From: Pelomyxa schiedti
Lineage: Eukaryota; Protista; Evosea
Direction: 5' to 3'
Assembly (NCBI GenBank): GCA_020536535.1
Contig: JAHLWZ010000470.1
Location: 1-64,000 of the forward strand
DNA: 64,000 bases
Part shown: positions 46,411 through 59,114 of the stretch, piece after piece
Layout of the letters: each line of letters opens with the position of its first letter
Position numbering within the stretch: position 1 is the stretch's first letter
Notes under the pieces: generated by a model
What the model was told of the DNA's origin: nothing
Seen by the model: only the letters and a program-made list of their open reading frames with translations
Database searches by the model: none
Translations under genes and position numbers: made by a program

Positions 46411-48281
46411 ATGGGGTGCTGTTGTTGCTGTTGTTCGGGAGGCAGAGATCGTCGTAACTTCCGCGGAAGTTACTACCACAAGAACGTGTGCTGCGGGAAA
46501 CGAACTGTCAAGAGGGGCGAGTGTTGCGCGACATGGAATTTTTCCGGCGAGTACTCGGTACACGAGGGTCCTGTGCGCCTGTGGATGTTTTGCAGGTTTT
46601 TTGGTTTTTTCTCTTTTTTTCCCTCTAAGCTTTGAAATTTGAGAATACCAAGGTCTAGCTTGAGACTAACGGTTTTTTTTTGTTAAGCGAGATAGCGTTT
46701 TTGGATAGGCACACTGCTGGTCCCAATCAGTACTTGATTGTAAAAAGGAGAGACGGTGTTCAAGAAAATATCCCTGGTCCCTACACAATGTTTATGTAAG
46801 AGATTCGTGAAAACTTTCTAGAGCTTATCTGTGGCTAGGGATCCTGTTATACACGTATCGGTGGAACTGAAGGATGCAATTGGTACTTACAATCAACTGT
46901 GATTTTACCTTGATGAAATCTCTTTCAACAATCCAGCACTGGATGCTTCTGAACTTTGTGTTATATACGTTCAACCAACTCCAGGCGAGGGAGCTGCTTC
47001 GGCATCCGCATCTAGTGCAGTGGAGATGACAGCTGCATCTGATCACAAAAAGCATAAGCATAAGCACAAGGACGATCATAAGGAAGACAACTTACCCCCA
47101 TCAGGTTGTAAAATGTTCACCTTTTGCAAAAGTTTACAACACAAAAGGGACAGGCTTGCGTCGTCTCATTCGAGGTCCTGATAACTTCATTCCTACAAGT
47201 ACAGAACGCGCACATCAATTTGAGTGGTCACCTGCCGACCCAGTTGCTAAGGGCAAAGTGACCTTCCAGAAACTTAAATTAATTGTACAAAGTCTGAAGT
47301 GCATAGTAGAGGGAGTCCGAACCACAGATAAAATTTTATTAGAAGTATGCTGTTCTTCAGCCTTCCTTGTCTTATGTTTATTACAGGTAGAAGTTATGAT
47401 TTTTTGGGACATTATCGATGTAGAACGTATGCTTGATAACACAAGCGACCCTGTTGGTGAAATTAGAGCTGCCGCCTCTGCGGATATAATATCTTTTGGC
47501 TCAAATCATAGGCACATTTCTAACCGAAAGACTAAAATAAGTCTGACTTTTTTTTTGTTAAGTTATGAGAGCTTGCTTTCCAATACACCTCAATTGAGTG
47601 AACTTGATCCTTATAAAATGTTGATGACCCGATCTTCTGCCTTTGGTGTTGCTATTCGCAAAGGTGAGCAGTTCCTGTGGCAGGAAAGAAGCTAACATTC
47701 TTCCACAAAACTACCAGTTATATACAACGGATACCGCGCAGAGTCGGGTGTGCAACGAGTTCATGATCAGGCGCTTGAAGCAAGAGCAAAGCTAAAAGCA
47801 GAACATGAGCATAATGAGCACGAGCAAGCACAAATTGATCTTAAGCTGAAACATGAATTCGAGCGAACAAAGAGAGAGGCGGAACATAATGCCCTTATGA
47901 GGGAAGAAGAAGCAATTCAAGAAAAGGTTTGCCAGAGCCTAGACAAAGAAACCGCACTAACGAAAACCACAGTTCAAGCTGGAAATGGAAAAGGTCAAGC
48001 ACTCCACAACACTGCAGCTACAGCAACAAGAAATCGAAGTGGAGCAGCTGTCACGCCAAAAGAAGCACGAAACCGACTTGCTGTTCTACAAAGAACTCGC
48101 CAGCATCGGCGTGGATGTCACGCAGTACCTCATAGCCACAAGCCAGAAGCCGGCCAACCAACTGGTCCGCATTGACCAGTCCTCCGACGGCCCGGGAACC
48201 CACGTCCACCTTCACGACCCACAATCTTCCACCAATTCCACGTCCTCGTCATCCCCACCAAAAGTTCCCAAGCGCAGCTAA
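46411..48281 (+). CDS. Major-vault-protein-related / SPFH-like protein with N-terminal MGCCCCCC
   Basis: Spliced reading: MGCCCCCC...HEGPVRLW...PNQYLIVKRRDGVQENIPGP...RRLIRGPDNFIP...HQFEWS...VRTTDKILLEVEVMIFWDIIDVERMLDNTSDPVGEI...VIYNGYRA...HDQALEARAKL, then a coiled coil, then GVDVTQYLIA. Confidence 0.75.
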
Positions 48282-48417
48282 ACCTCACACCCCTTGTATC
48301 TAACCAAATTTCCAATAAACAAAAAAAACCAAACCTATTTTTTCTTTCGTTCCACACCTGCTCTTTCACCGAAACTCACAACAAACAATAAAACAAAAAC
48401 AAACAAACGCGAGGAGG

Positions 48418-51400
48418 ATGCAGCAGCAAGGAGGCGGGATCTTGTCGTTTTCACTGGCAGCTAGGGAGTACGAGTCATACGTGGGGTCGCGGGAGTGCGT
48501 TGGGGAGGTGCTGGGGCCGCCGGGGCACAGGCTCGTGGAGGCGGTGTCCGCGGGGGGCCCGCTGCTGACGAGGTCGCAGCAAGCTGACCTCATAAAGGCA
48601 ACTGCTCCTTGTGTGGAAGAGGTTGTTTCAGTTTCGGTTTTTTTTTTGCTTTTTTTTTTAAGTATTAAAATTAAACAAAAGAAGTAATGGTCATAGCTAG
48701 GTTGCCAGGATCAATGAGCTAGTTTTTGTTATTGGGGGTCTGGATGCAAAATCCCGGGGATTGCTCTCCCAGCTGTTGTCACTATTGTGGCGTGCTTTAC
48801 ATCGCGTGGACAATTTCAGCCAAACGAACCTCCAGTCGTTCACACACAAACCAAAGCCCAATAAAAACGATACTGCTCTTTTCCGCAGGTTGCGAGAAAT
48901 TGTGTGTACCCACAATCCAATCTCTATGCAATATGCCTGACTTCTGTTAACAAGGAGTGTGCATTCGCTCCCGCACTTTTCTCTTCCGCTCCTGTTCACA
49001 GTGCCGAGCATGCCATTGGCGTTCTAATTGAAAACTATGATCTACTTCCCATGGAAGATCACTCACAATCTCCCTATGTGCTGCACCCCAGTTTTGCACT
49101 GGGAGGTGAGGAAGCAAGCGTTTATCTAGATGACGCTTGGTCTGACCTTGATGTAACTGCAAAAACTTTCACATAAATTACTGTTCTTTACTGACAATTT
49201 TTTTACTACCAATAGGTACAAGTGGACCAACAAGAAAAGGCACTAAAGCACGCAAACACCCTTCTTGTTAAAAATAAGTCAGCAAGGCACAACAGTGACC
49301 TTCATGAGATTCATACTGCTCTCGCATTTGCTTCGACCAAGTTGTCTGATGTCCGGGTAACTTGGAACGCTCTCAGAGACCACATGCTGAAGACTTCTAA
49401 TGGTACAAACATCGTGCCATACTTTTTTACTCACCTCTTTTAGACTACCGTAAGATTGTAATTAAGAGTCAAAAGGATATTGGCAATTTTTTGCAGAATT
49501 ATACCAGACAAGTCGAGCAACAGCAACATGTCTTTCAAGCCCAAATTGAGGTTTGTGAGCCCCCTGTGTGATTGCATATGAAATCTTTTCCACCAGGCAC
49601 ACCTGAACCATGAAAGGGAGCTACGACTAGCTTTAGAAAATGCAACTTCTCAACAGCTCTCTCCTCCAGTTTCTACTTGCCAAAATGAACATACACCTTC
49701 CAGTAGTCCTACTGAGTCAATAAGACGAGTTGCCTCACTGGAAAAGGATGCCAAATTCATGAAAGCTTCACTTCAGCACCACAAAACGAAACTCGAACAA
49801 ACAAAGAAGATAAACACGGACCTGAAAATCACACTCGCCAAACAGCACAAAATCATCAGGAAACTGCAGAGCCAAAGTGGAGTTCCTAAAGACGGTGGGC
49901 ATGGAAACAGAACGACGTCAGAGATCGGGGAATCTACCACTGGCAATCAACAGTCTGGTGCTCCCGACATACAAAATACCAAAGGCGACCACGCCGATTC
50001 TTACGGCAATGCTCTGGCACATCAGCTTGCACAATCTGAACAAGAGAAATCCACCATGTCAAAACAACTATCAGAGGTCACCTGCTCCCTTTCCACTGTA
50101 CTGTCACAGTTGAATGCTGCCAAAGACGCAATGAATGAAAAGGAACAAGTCATTCTCAATTCAATCAAAGATAAAGACGCATTGCTTACAAAATTATCAC
50201 ATATGCAAAAGGAAAACAATAAACTCTCCAAGCTACTGGAAGAGAGAACTGAAATTAACACTTCAGCTACCACTCTCAACAACAAGCTACAAAATGAAAT
50301 TACTTCTTTACAACGTGCACTCCGTGACGCGAAAGCGGAAGTCGTAGAGGCAACATCAGAACGCCAAAGCAATCTCCAGCAATTTTCTAAGCTCGAGTCA
50401 TACGCCCATAAACTTGAATCGCAAATTGAACAGGCTGATGCAGAGACAAAACATTATCAAACAGTACAACAACAACAACTTTCGCGGATACACCAACTTG
50501 AAACTGCTCTCTCTACTTCTCAAGCTGAAAAAAGTGACCTCACAGAATCTCTTCAGCAGCAGCAATCATCCGCACAAACTCTGCAAGACCATCTGGTAAT
50601 AGCAGAGCAAGCCCTTTCAGAGAAAGTCTCAACATTGCAAAATACTTCCGCAGAGTTGGAATCGGTCAAAGCTGAACTTCAGCAGACTCAAGACGAACTT
50701 GCAAGGGTAAAAGAAAAGCATCGTGCAGCTATTGAATATGGCAAACAAATGCGCATGATGTTACAAGAGCAGACCAACTACTTCCCTCGTGCTAATTCTG
50801 GGGACGGACAAGGAATGCCCAGTGGCTACCAAGAACCGCCGCTGGCAAAGTCAACACCCTTAGCGGATCGCTTTCACCAATGTAATAAAGATTACCAAGA
50901 AACAGAACAACAAATAGCTACCCTTAAAGAGACAATAAAACAGCTTCAGGAAGAGAAAAATGACCTGACTGCACAAGCCCAGGAGCAGCAACAACTGAAC
51001 ACTACCGCCACTGCTGAAACTGAAAAACTTTCCTTGCACCACAAGCAATCCAAAGAAAAATGGCAGCAATCACAACAAGAATTGCAGGCCCGATTTGAAG
51101 AGCAACAAATTTCTCACATGGCACAACTCCAAACTCTGCAAGCTGAGTTAGACAATAGCAAGTCAAAACTCACGGAATGCACAACAAAAATACGTAACTA
51201 CGAAGAACAACTTGCAAAACTTCAGGAGGAAATGTCCTCTTTCCAGATTTCTCGCAAAAACGAATACTCCTCTCAACAGCAGACAATAACCCAGTTACAA
51301 ACTCAACTCCGCGATCTCAAGCAACAATTTTCTGCCACTGTTACTCCTTTACAAGAGGAATTACAGGAGTACCAGTCTGCATATCAGCATGAGCACACTC

Positions 51401-52125
51401 GCTCACTCTGTTTGGACGCAGCTGTGGCACAGCTGCAGACCGAGTTGACACTAGTGAGGCAAAAACTTACGCAGTCTGAGTTGAACTTGACGGACACCCT
51501 GCGAACAAAAGAAGAAGAAACCAGAAACCTCCGATCGGAGTCTCAACAGAAATATAACGCCTTGAAGCTGCAGTTCCAATCTGTTCACACCAGAATGGAC
51601 CGCACTGTGAAACAGGAAATGGCTCAAAGAGAGAAAGCAGTCGCCTCCCTGGCTTCCCTGCACGGCATTGTAGAACAGTATGAAGGCAGGCTCAAAGTAC
51701 TGCAATCCCAACTCGAACAGCTCCATCTACAGTTATCCCTTCTCTCCGGGGGTGTGTTAAAGCTGGGTCCTCCCTCTTGTACACAAAGTACAACAACTGC
51801 CAATTCGGCACCAAGCGGAAATTCTCCCAATCCAACCGCACCCTCGCCCACCATCAAAATTCCATGTGATCCACCACAACAACCCATCACCCAGTCTCCG
51901 GATGTTGTTCTTGTACCTGAACCCATCATCACACAAACACCTGTAAAAACTGCCGCACTCCCTGCGTCCACAGACCAGACACAACTGTATAGCCTACACA
52001 CACAAATCAACCAAACGCTCCACGATGTAACCGATACAAGCAGCACCCTTCAAGCTATCAAAGACCAACTCCACACAGCACTTCTATCCTCCGATACAAA
52101 CCAGAGCGACGACGAGCTTGTATAA
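48418..52125 (+). CDS. Large coiled-coil protein (multi-exon)
   Basis: 788-aa terminal exon rich in Q/E/K/L heptads; upstream exons join by GT-AG introns from the ATG at 48418. Confidence 0.75.
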
Positions 52126-52204
52126 TTTTTTTTGGCCTGTCAAACCACACAAGGCAGAGCTGTAGGTTGTGAAAAAATGAAAAGTTTTTTTTTTTTGAGA
52201 ATCT

Positions 52205-54869
52205 CTAAGTGTGGTTTGGGTTCAGTTCTGGGTAGATACCCCCAGAGGCATTGCGAAAAGGTTGTTGTTGTGTGGGGGGATGGGGAGTGTAGAGTGGTGA
52301 GGGTGGAGGGAGGACTGTAGGGGGGGCATAAGTAGGTGGCTGGTAGGTTGTGGCGTAGTTTGCAGTGTTAGTGGTGTAGCCTTGTGTAGGGGGGTAGTTG
52401 GGTGGGGGTAGAACCGTTGGCGGCGGGTAGCTGTGTGGCGGGCCGTACTGTGTTGGGTAGGGCGTTGGCTGGTTTTGTGGGGGATAGGGTGGAGAGGGGT
52501 TTGTTTGTGGGTATTGGTAGCGCTGAGGTTGTTGTGGTTGCATCTGTATCTGCATCTGTGATTGCGGCGTCTGCGTGAACGAGGGGTTGAAGTTTGTACA
52601 GGGGTAACTGGAGGGATTTTGGTTGTATGAATGATTCTGTTGTGGTTGTTGCTGCAGGTGGCGCTGAGGGTTGGGGTTAAGGGGATTAATCCCGGTAGGC
52701 GGTGGAAGAATTTGATTATTTCCAGAGGGGCACCCGGTTGATGGCGGATAGAAAGAACCGCCGTGGGAAGGTGGTGGAGGAGTAATATTACAGGGTGGAG
52801 AAGAGTAGGTAGTTGAAGGCCATGTTGAAGTACATTGTGGATATCCTTGAAGGTTATGGGAATAAGCTGGCTGAGGTTGAGGCGACTGGAACGAGGATGG
52901 CATTGGCTGTGGTGGTTGCGTCTGGAACGATGATGTTATTTGCTGGGAATGTGGCTGGAACGAGGGTGGTAACGACTGAGAGTGGGGAGGTGGCAAAACA
53001 GGGGGTGCCTGTATCCCTTGAACGACGGGTGGTGTAATCCCTTTAACAGGCGGTGGTTCGTATTTTTGGTGATTTGGTTGGTGTCCCCCATTTCCATGCA
53101 GAGAGGTAACCTGTTGTGGATAACCTGAAGGAAGGGGTTTTTCCGTAGTATTTGCTTGTGAATGTTTGATTGGAAGAAATGACATAGGTGGATTTGGCAA
53201 TGGGTTTGGGTTGGTCGGGGGCAATGGGGTTGGTGGCATGGCATTTGGAAGGAGAGTTGGGGGAGGCATGGTTGTTTGGGACGAGTTAGGAGTGGATGGT
53301 GGATTCAAAGGTGATACTGGGTTTCCAGTTGGGAGAGATTTGAAGCTGAACTGAGGAGGGATGTTTTGTATAGAAGACGAAGTAGGGGTGTTTTGTATTG
53401 AAGATGAACTAGGGGTGTTTTGTATTGAAGATGAACTAGGGGTGTTTTGTATTGAAGATGAACTGTGGGAATTTGGAGGTACAATTGGAGTTGAATTGTG
53501 TGAGAGTGGAGGTGATTGATTTTGTGGAGGAGACTGGAACATATCACAAAGCCAAGAGTGCGTAAAAAAGGCAGTCCAAGACATCCTTTGTGTTGAGTCT
53601 TTCTGGTAATTTATGTGAGCTCGATATTCCAAACCAAGGATTAGAGACCTTCAAAAGACCAGAGATTAAAGAACAACATGTTTCAGATAAAGTGGGTGGG
53701 AAATCAACGGTCCCGACATTGATTTTATTAAGGAGTTCCATGAGTGACCTAGCATTAAATGGAGGATCCCCACAAACCATCTATGTAAGAAATTTGTTAA
53801 CATCCCCCAAGTCATCAGGGGTTAAACCTCATATAGAATTGCCCCTAAATTTTTGAGCTTAGAAAAAGTAATGTGGCATGTATATACCAACAGACCACAG
53901 GTCTGCAGAAGAATTGTAGGTACTTGTTTCTAAAACTTCTGGAGCCTAAAAAAAAATGAGGTAGCTAAGACATTGATACACTGATACCATGTAAAGAGGG
54001 CTTCCACAATAGGTATTGTGCATTGCATTTGGGTCTTCCATAATTTTAGCAAAACCTAGGAATAGTATTGGGAAGAGCAAATGGCAAGTGAATACTACCA
54101 AAATCTGCTATTTTCAGAATTAAATCACCTCTTTGCGTACTAAGAAGTAAATTTGCTGGCTTTCATATGTGAGAGAAGAAATTAACAAAGTGTAAACTCT
54201 CACCTTTAAATCTCTGTGGATGATTTTATGGGAATGAAGAATTTGGAGACCAGCAACTACTGTTGTGAGACGTGTGTTGGATGAAACATAATCTTTACCT
54301 AATTGCATCATAAAGTAATGAGCCCTCTCTTCTGTAAGGGGCCCATTTTTCATTTGGCCAGAGAGATCTCCAGCATCACAAAATTCCATAACAAGATAAA
54401 GGAACGGCTCTTCCTGTTACAGGAGGCATCATTCACAGTAAGTTAAAGGAAAAAATGGACGGTACCGTCGTGAACTCCACCAGCCTAACAATGTTGGGAT
54501 GTTGGAGAGCAAGCATGACAACTATTTCTCCATCTAAATGTTCTATCAGGTCTTTCTTGGCCCTACTTGTATCGACAGCTGCATCACTTCACTCAGAGAA
54601 AAAAAACACAGAAGTCGACCCACCTTTCACTGCTACAACTGTGCCATTACGGTCCCGTCCCTTGTACACAACTGCGAAAGTGCCGTGCCTGTCCACAGGA
54701 CAAGTTAATTGTGGGTGCACTACAACACGTTTTATCGTGTCATTTAATACGATACGGTAACTTTTTCTAAGTCATATAAAATACGAGGCTGACTATCATT
54801 ACGAACATACCCCAATGGGCTGATATCGAGGGTGTACCGCCCGCCAAGGATCTCACGACCAGACGCCAG
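52205..54869 (-). CDS. ULK/Atg1-like Ser/Thr kinase with a Pro/Gln/Tyr-rich C-terminal tail
   Basis: LGHGTFAVVYKG, VAVK, HPNIVRL, LYLVMEFCDAGDL, IIHRDLK, DFGFAK, YCGSPLYMAPE and GDPPFNA; no in-frame ATG found (CTG at 54869). Confidence 0.85.
53361..53464. repeat. Coding 27-bp tandem repeat (~3.8 copies; SSSSIQNTP)
   Basis: gtgttttgtattgaagatgaactaggg repeated. Confidence 0.85.
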
Positions 54870-54976
54870 TTTCTTTATTATTTATTAAATGTTCCGTCGT
54901 GTCCTGGTGTAAAGAGAGAAATCAAATTTTTATGAAAATTTTATTCGGCCAAGTTGACGATCAGTTTTTGTGCTTT

Positions 54977-57900
54977 TTAGAATGTAATGGCGATGGACCA
55001 CTGAGAAGAGGGAGATAGACGAGTGTTGTGAAGTTCCACAACGAGGGGTGTGTGAGTACCTGGAGGCAACTTGGGTTTGTTTGTGGATTGGAGGTTACTG
55101 AGTGAGGCTATAAATGGAGCACTGTTCCCACAAGTGAAGTCGATGTTCCGGCCCCCACTTGGTTGGGTTGTGGGGGGTGAACTTGGAATCGTGCAAAATT
55201 GTGAATCGGCGCAGGTGCCGGGGAGTGTTTGCTGAGGGTCTGCGGCTGGAATTATGGGTGTGTAGGACACTGATGCGGGGCATTTTGGCAGTCCGGCAAA
55301 TACAATGCGTTCAATGTGTGTATTGGCCCAGGGCTCACTTCTTATAGACTCAGTAGAATTTTCGGCACCAACAACGGTGCAGGTGAGAGTTCCCGCTGAG
55401 AATGAAAATTTACTGTATAGGCTTTTCCCCCTCTGGTAGGCAAATGTAGTCCCATCATCCAGGTACAAGCTTCCAGCTGCACTCTGTGATTCTCCAAGGG
55501 CAACTATGAGAGCTAGTTTTCCCTGCCCAAGTAGCATTTCGGAGTATGCGGACCTCCTGACACGTGCAGATACTGGGACTATAGTCCCACTCCGGTGCAA
55601 TACAACTGGGCCAACATCCATCTGAGAAGGGGCATTCACCCATGAGCCTCCACAGGCACCCCATGAATAGGTTGGGAATGTGTACCACGTGATACCGCCG
55701 CACCTTTTTGCGCACTTGGCAGAAGACGAGCTTGTGGAGGGGAGCGTATCCTCATTGCCACATGGGATTCTTATCATGGTACTGCGCTCCCCTGCTTTTG
55801 TCACAGGTTTCACAAGGAGTGCATCACCAACTATAAATGCTTCTTGTTCCAGGAAAATATCCTTGTCTTGCGGGAATTCCAGCCAGATGGGACGTAGCAG
55901 AGGTAATCCAGTTTTTGTGTGCTCAAAGAAATTTGTGTACCTTAGAACCTCCAAATTATTGAGGGTATAGAAATTTAACAGGAAATACCAATACGGAAGT
56001 AAAACGTAACGTTCTGCTATAGCTGTTTGAATGGCACTTAAAAACACACCATCGTAGAGGAAAGGTTCCCGTCTTCGGGAATCTATGTGCCCATGAGCCC
56101 TGAAAAACGGGTAGAATGCTCTAAAGGACGTGAGATCTTCGTGTAAGAAATCGATCCTGGTACCCTAAAACAATATTACAAAAGAAAAACGAAAGGGGAA
56201 ACCCACCTGCTTGATACCATCGAACTAAAAGTTCAGGCTCCGGGTTACCTTCAAAATTGTAAGTGCTTAGCGAGCAAAGACAAAGTTACCAAAAAAGCCA
56301 CCAATATCACACCCAACAAAAGGGATTCCTGCAACTGAGAGGGACAATAGCATTGAAGTTGTTGCTTTGAGATGACTTGCAAAGAATTAGAGATGAAAGC
56401 AGGAGGGGAGTCTGTTTAACCTCCATTCAGCTTTATTGTCTCCTGTCCACACGGCGGCATAACGTTGTGATGCTGCGAAGTGTGAACGAGTCAATATGAA
56501 GGGCCTTAGATTTTGCTTGTCCCTATGCAGAAGTCCATCTGTATTACAGGGTTTGTTTGTTTTACATTTCCCTTCAAAAAGGAAACTTACCATAAGTAGC
56601 CATCGTCATATAAAATCCATACACGTTATGAACATTCCTATGTTCCAGTGAGGTGTAGTGTAATGCATCGTTTGGCATTGTAGCCTAAGTGTGGACTGAA
56701 TCTATGGCATCAAATAAATTAAACCAACCTCTGCGTGGTCCATGACAGTTGGCTCATTCATATCATTCCAAGCATACAAGGATGAAGAGCTCCCTTGATA
56801 TGTCGAAAAAGAAAACAAATCTGTTTAGAATTGTTACTGAATTGCCTGCACACGACCACTTACCAGCCCACCACTTTCTGGCTCTAGGATTCAAGAAATC
56901 AATCCACGAACTCATGCCAGGCCAACAAGTTCCTTCCAGGATGTTCCCGTTGCAATCTTTAACATACCTGAATACTGTAAATCAGGGGCATCGTTACTGG
57001 ATTCACGAAAATTGGAAGACATAAAAATGCCTGCAGATTACATACACATTATCTTTCAAGGCCTTCTCGTGGACAAAATATCCCGATTCCTTCTTGATAT
57101 GAGGATCTATTGCCGCCACCATATAGCGTCCTTTTGTTTGAAGTGCTTTTTGCATTTCGAGTGGTTTTGGAAAGTGGATCTTATCCCAAGTGAAGTATTT
57201 CTTTCCATCAGTGTGCTCAATATCCAGCCTTTAGTAATTTTAATTTCTGATTTTGCGGTTGAAACTGACCATATGACATCAAGAGGGACAGACACATCGT
57301 CCATTCTCTTATCAACTTCCATTACTTCCGATTGTGATCTGTAGTTCCATTTAGACTGATGGTATCCAAGCGACCACAATGGAGGTAGGAAAGAGGTCCC
57401 AACGACGGCTGCAAACTGTTTGAAAATATCCCTTGGCTTTGGTCCAACCATCAACCATATATCAATGCAACCTGAGGCACTAAACCAGTGGGTGTTTATG
57501 CCACCACCTTTCCCAGATCTGTCTGAGATATCAACCCAAGTCTCAGCGGAATTAAACCAAAAGATTGCTGATGTATGGGTGGCAGAATGCCCAATCATAA
57601 AAGGTACACTTCCATACAGGGCCATAAGGTTATCGAGTTCATATTCAAAGACTGGGAGTAAGAATAAGTGAAGTGTCATTGGAGTACTTGAATACCATCA
57701 ACGTTGAAGAGGCGGTAGGGGTCTGAGTTCGCGGTCCTTTTGAGAACAAAATCACTTGCATGCTCGGGGATTCCAAAGACATTTTCGGACCCAATGAAAG
57801 AGATATCACACCCCTGGTGGTTTGAAATTACTTGCTAAACTGTGCAAATCAAGAAACAAACGACGTCCTGTGGGCCATTGGGTTTCGTATCTTCTTTTCC

Positions 57901-58890
57901 TCCAAATTTTTCCTCCCACTTTCCCTCAATAGTCTTCAATATTAATGAGGGAAAAATCAGTAAAAATGGGTACAAACAGGGTTTTTAATAAGAGGGGCTT
58001 CCCACAGTCCATCACTCTAAAGTTTAGATGTTAAATGGTAACAGAATTATATTTCTTATGAAACCGACTTCATCATCCCACAAGTCTGGTTTTGATGCAC
58101 TGGGGTCCTTAATATACAGTTCACCTTTACCATCACGAGTGTGCTCGAAATTGAAAAGACCCCTAGAATTTACATGAAAAGTTGGTCGGCCGTTTACGGA
58201 AAGCTCTGTATTTGGTTCTGTTAAACACTTGAGGGCAAATGGGACACTATACCAATTGAGAAGGGCTTGTAATGTAAAGCACCAGTGACAACGTCTCCAT
58301 CTGCAGTGCTAAAAGAGAAAACTGAAGACAAGCCAGAGGAATCAGTAATATTACTCCAAGAAGTAAAAGGGAGGGTCTCAAGGTCAGGTAGAATGACCTC
58401 CTGGGGTCCTTGGTATCTAAGAACTTTTAACACCTCTATATTGAACACTCAATAGAATTTTACGAAAATGTTCCTTCACCTTAGGTAACATAACAATAGT
58501 AAACTATTTATTTATGATTGGGTACCTTTTCTTGTGGTCCTCCCACACTTTAACTCTCAAAACTCCAGGGTGATATACTCGCATTGAAAATGGCAATTCC
58601 ACACCAATTTGACTGAGCACCCGACCCTCAAATCCCTCCCCTCTCGTCCCTTTCTCGCCCTTGTGCTCCTCCCCAGAGCGGATTGTGGGAGGCGCCCCCA
58701 CGGACGCCACAACTTCGACTGCGGACTGCGTCGTCGACGAAGACAGCTGCCTGCTTCTTGTACAGAACGAACTGTCCTTGCACGTCTTCCACTTGGCATG
58801 ATCAGCAGCCAGGGATCCTGGGACCGTTTCCAGCAGCCCCACAATCGCGCAAACCAACAACAACCCAGCCGCTGCGGCACTGCCCCTCAT
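54977..58890 (-). CDS. GANAB: Glucosidase II alpha subunit (GH31)
   Basis: Signal peptide followed by WKTCKDSSFCTR; LYGSVPFMIGH, THWFSASG, PPLWSLGYHQSKWNY, AWNDMNEP (nucleophile), AAVWTGDN and TGLPLLRPIWLEFP. Confidence 0.95.
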
Positions 58891-59114
58891 AAGCTTCAAC
58901 CAAAATAGGAGAAATCACAGAATTTTTTTTTTTTTCTCATGAAGAAGGTTACATTGCTTGGCACTGTTGTTGTGAGCGTTGTGTCGCTCCAAGGATTTTG
59001 GAGTATCCAGAAAATCGCAGGAGCTGCTGATTGTTTTGTTCAGAGTACACACCACAGACAAAGTTGCTGTCACGCACGAACAACTTGGCATGAATGCCGT
59101 ACCTCAAGTCATCA

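Noticed and set aside
53361-53464. 27-bp repeats as a CRISPR-like array
   Set aside because: Contiguous with no spacers, and in frame within the kinase tail.
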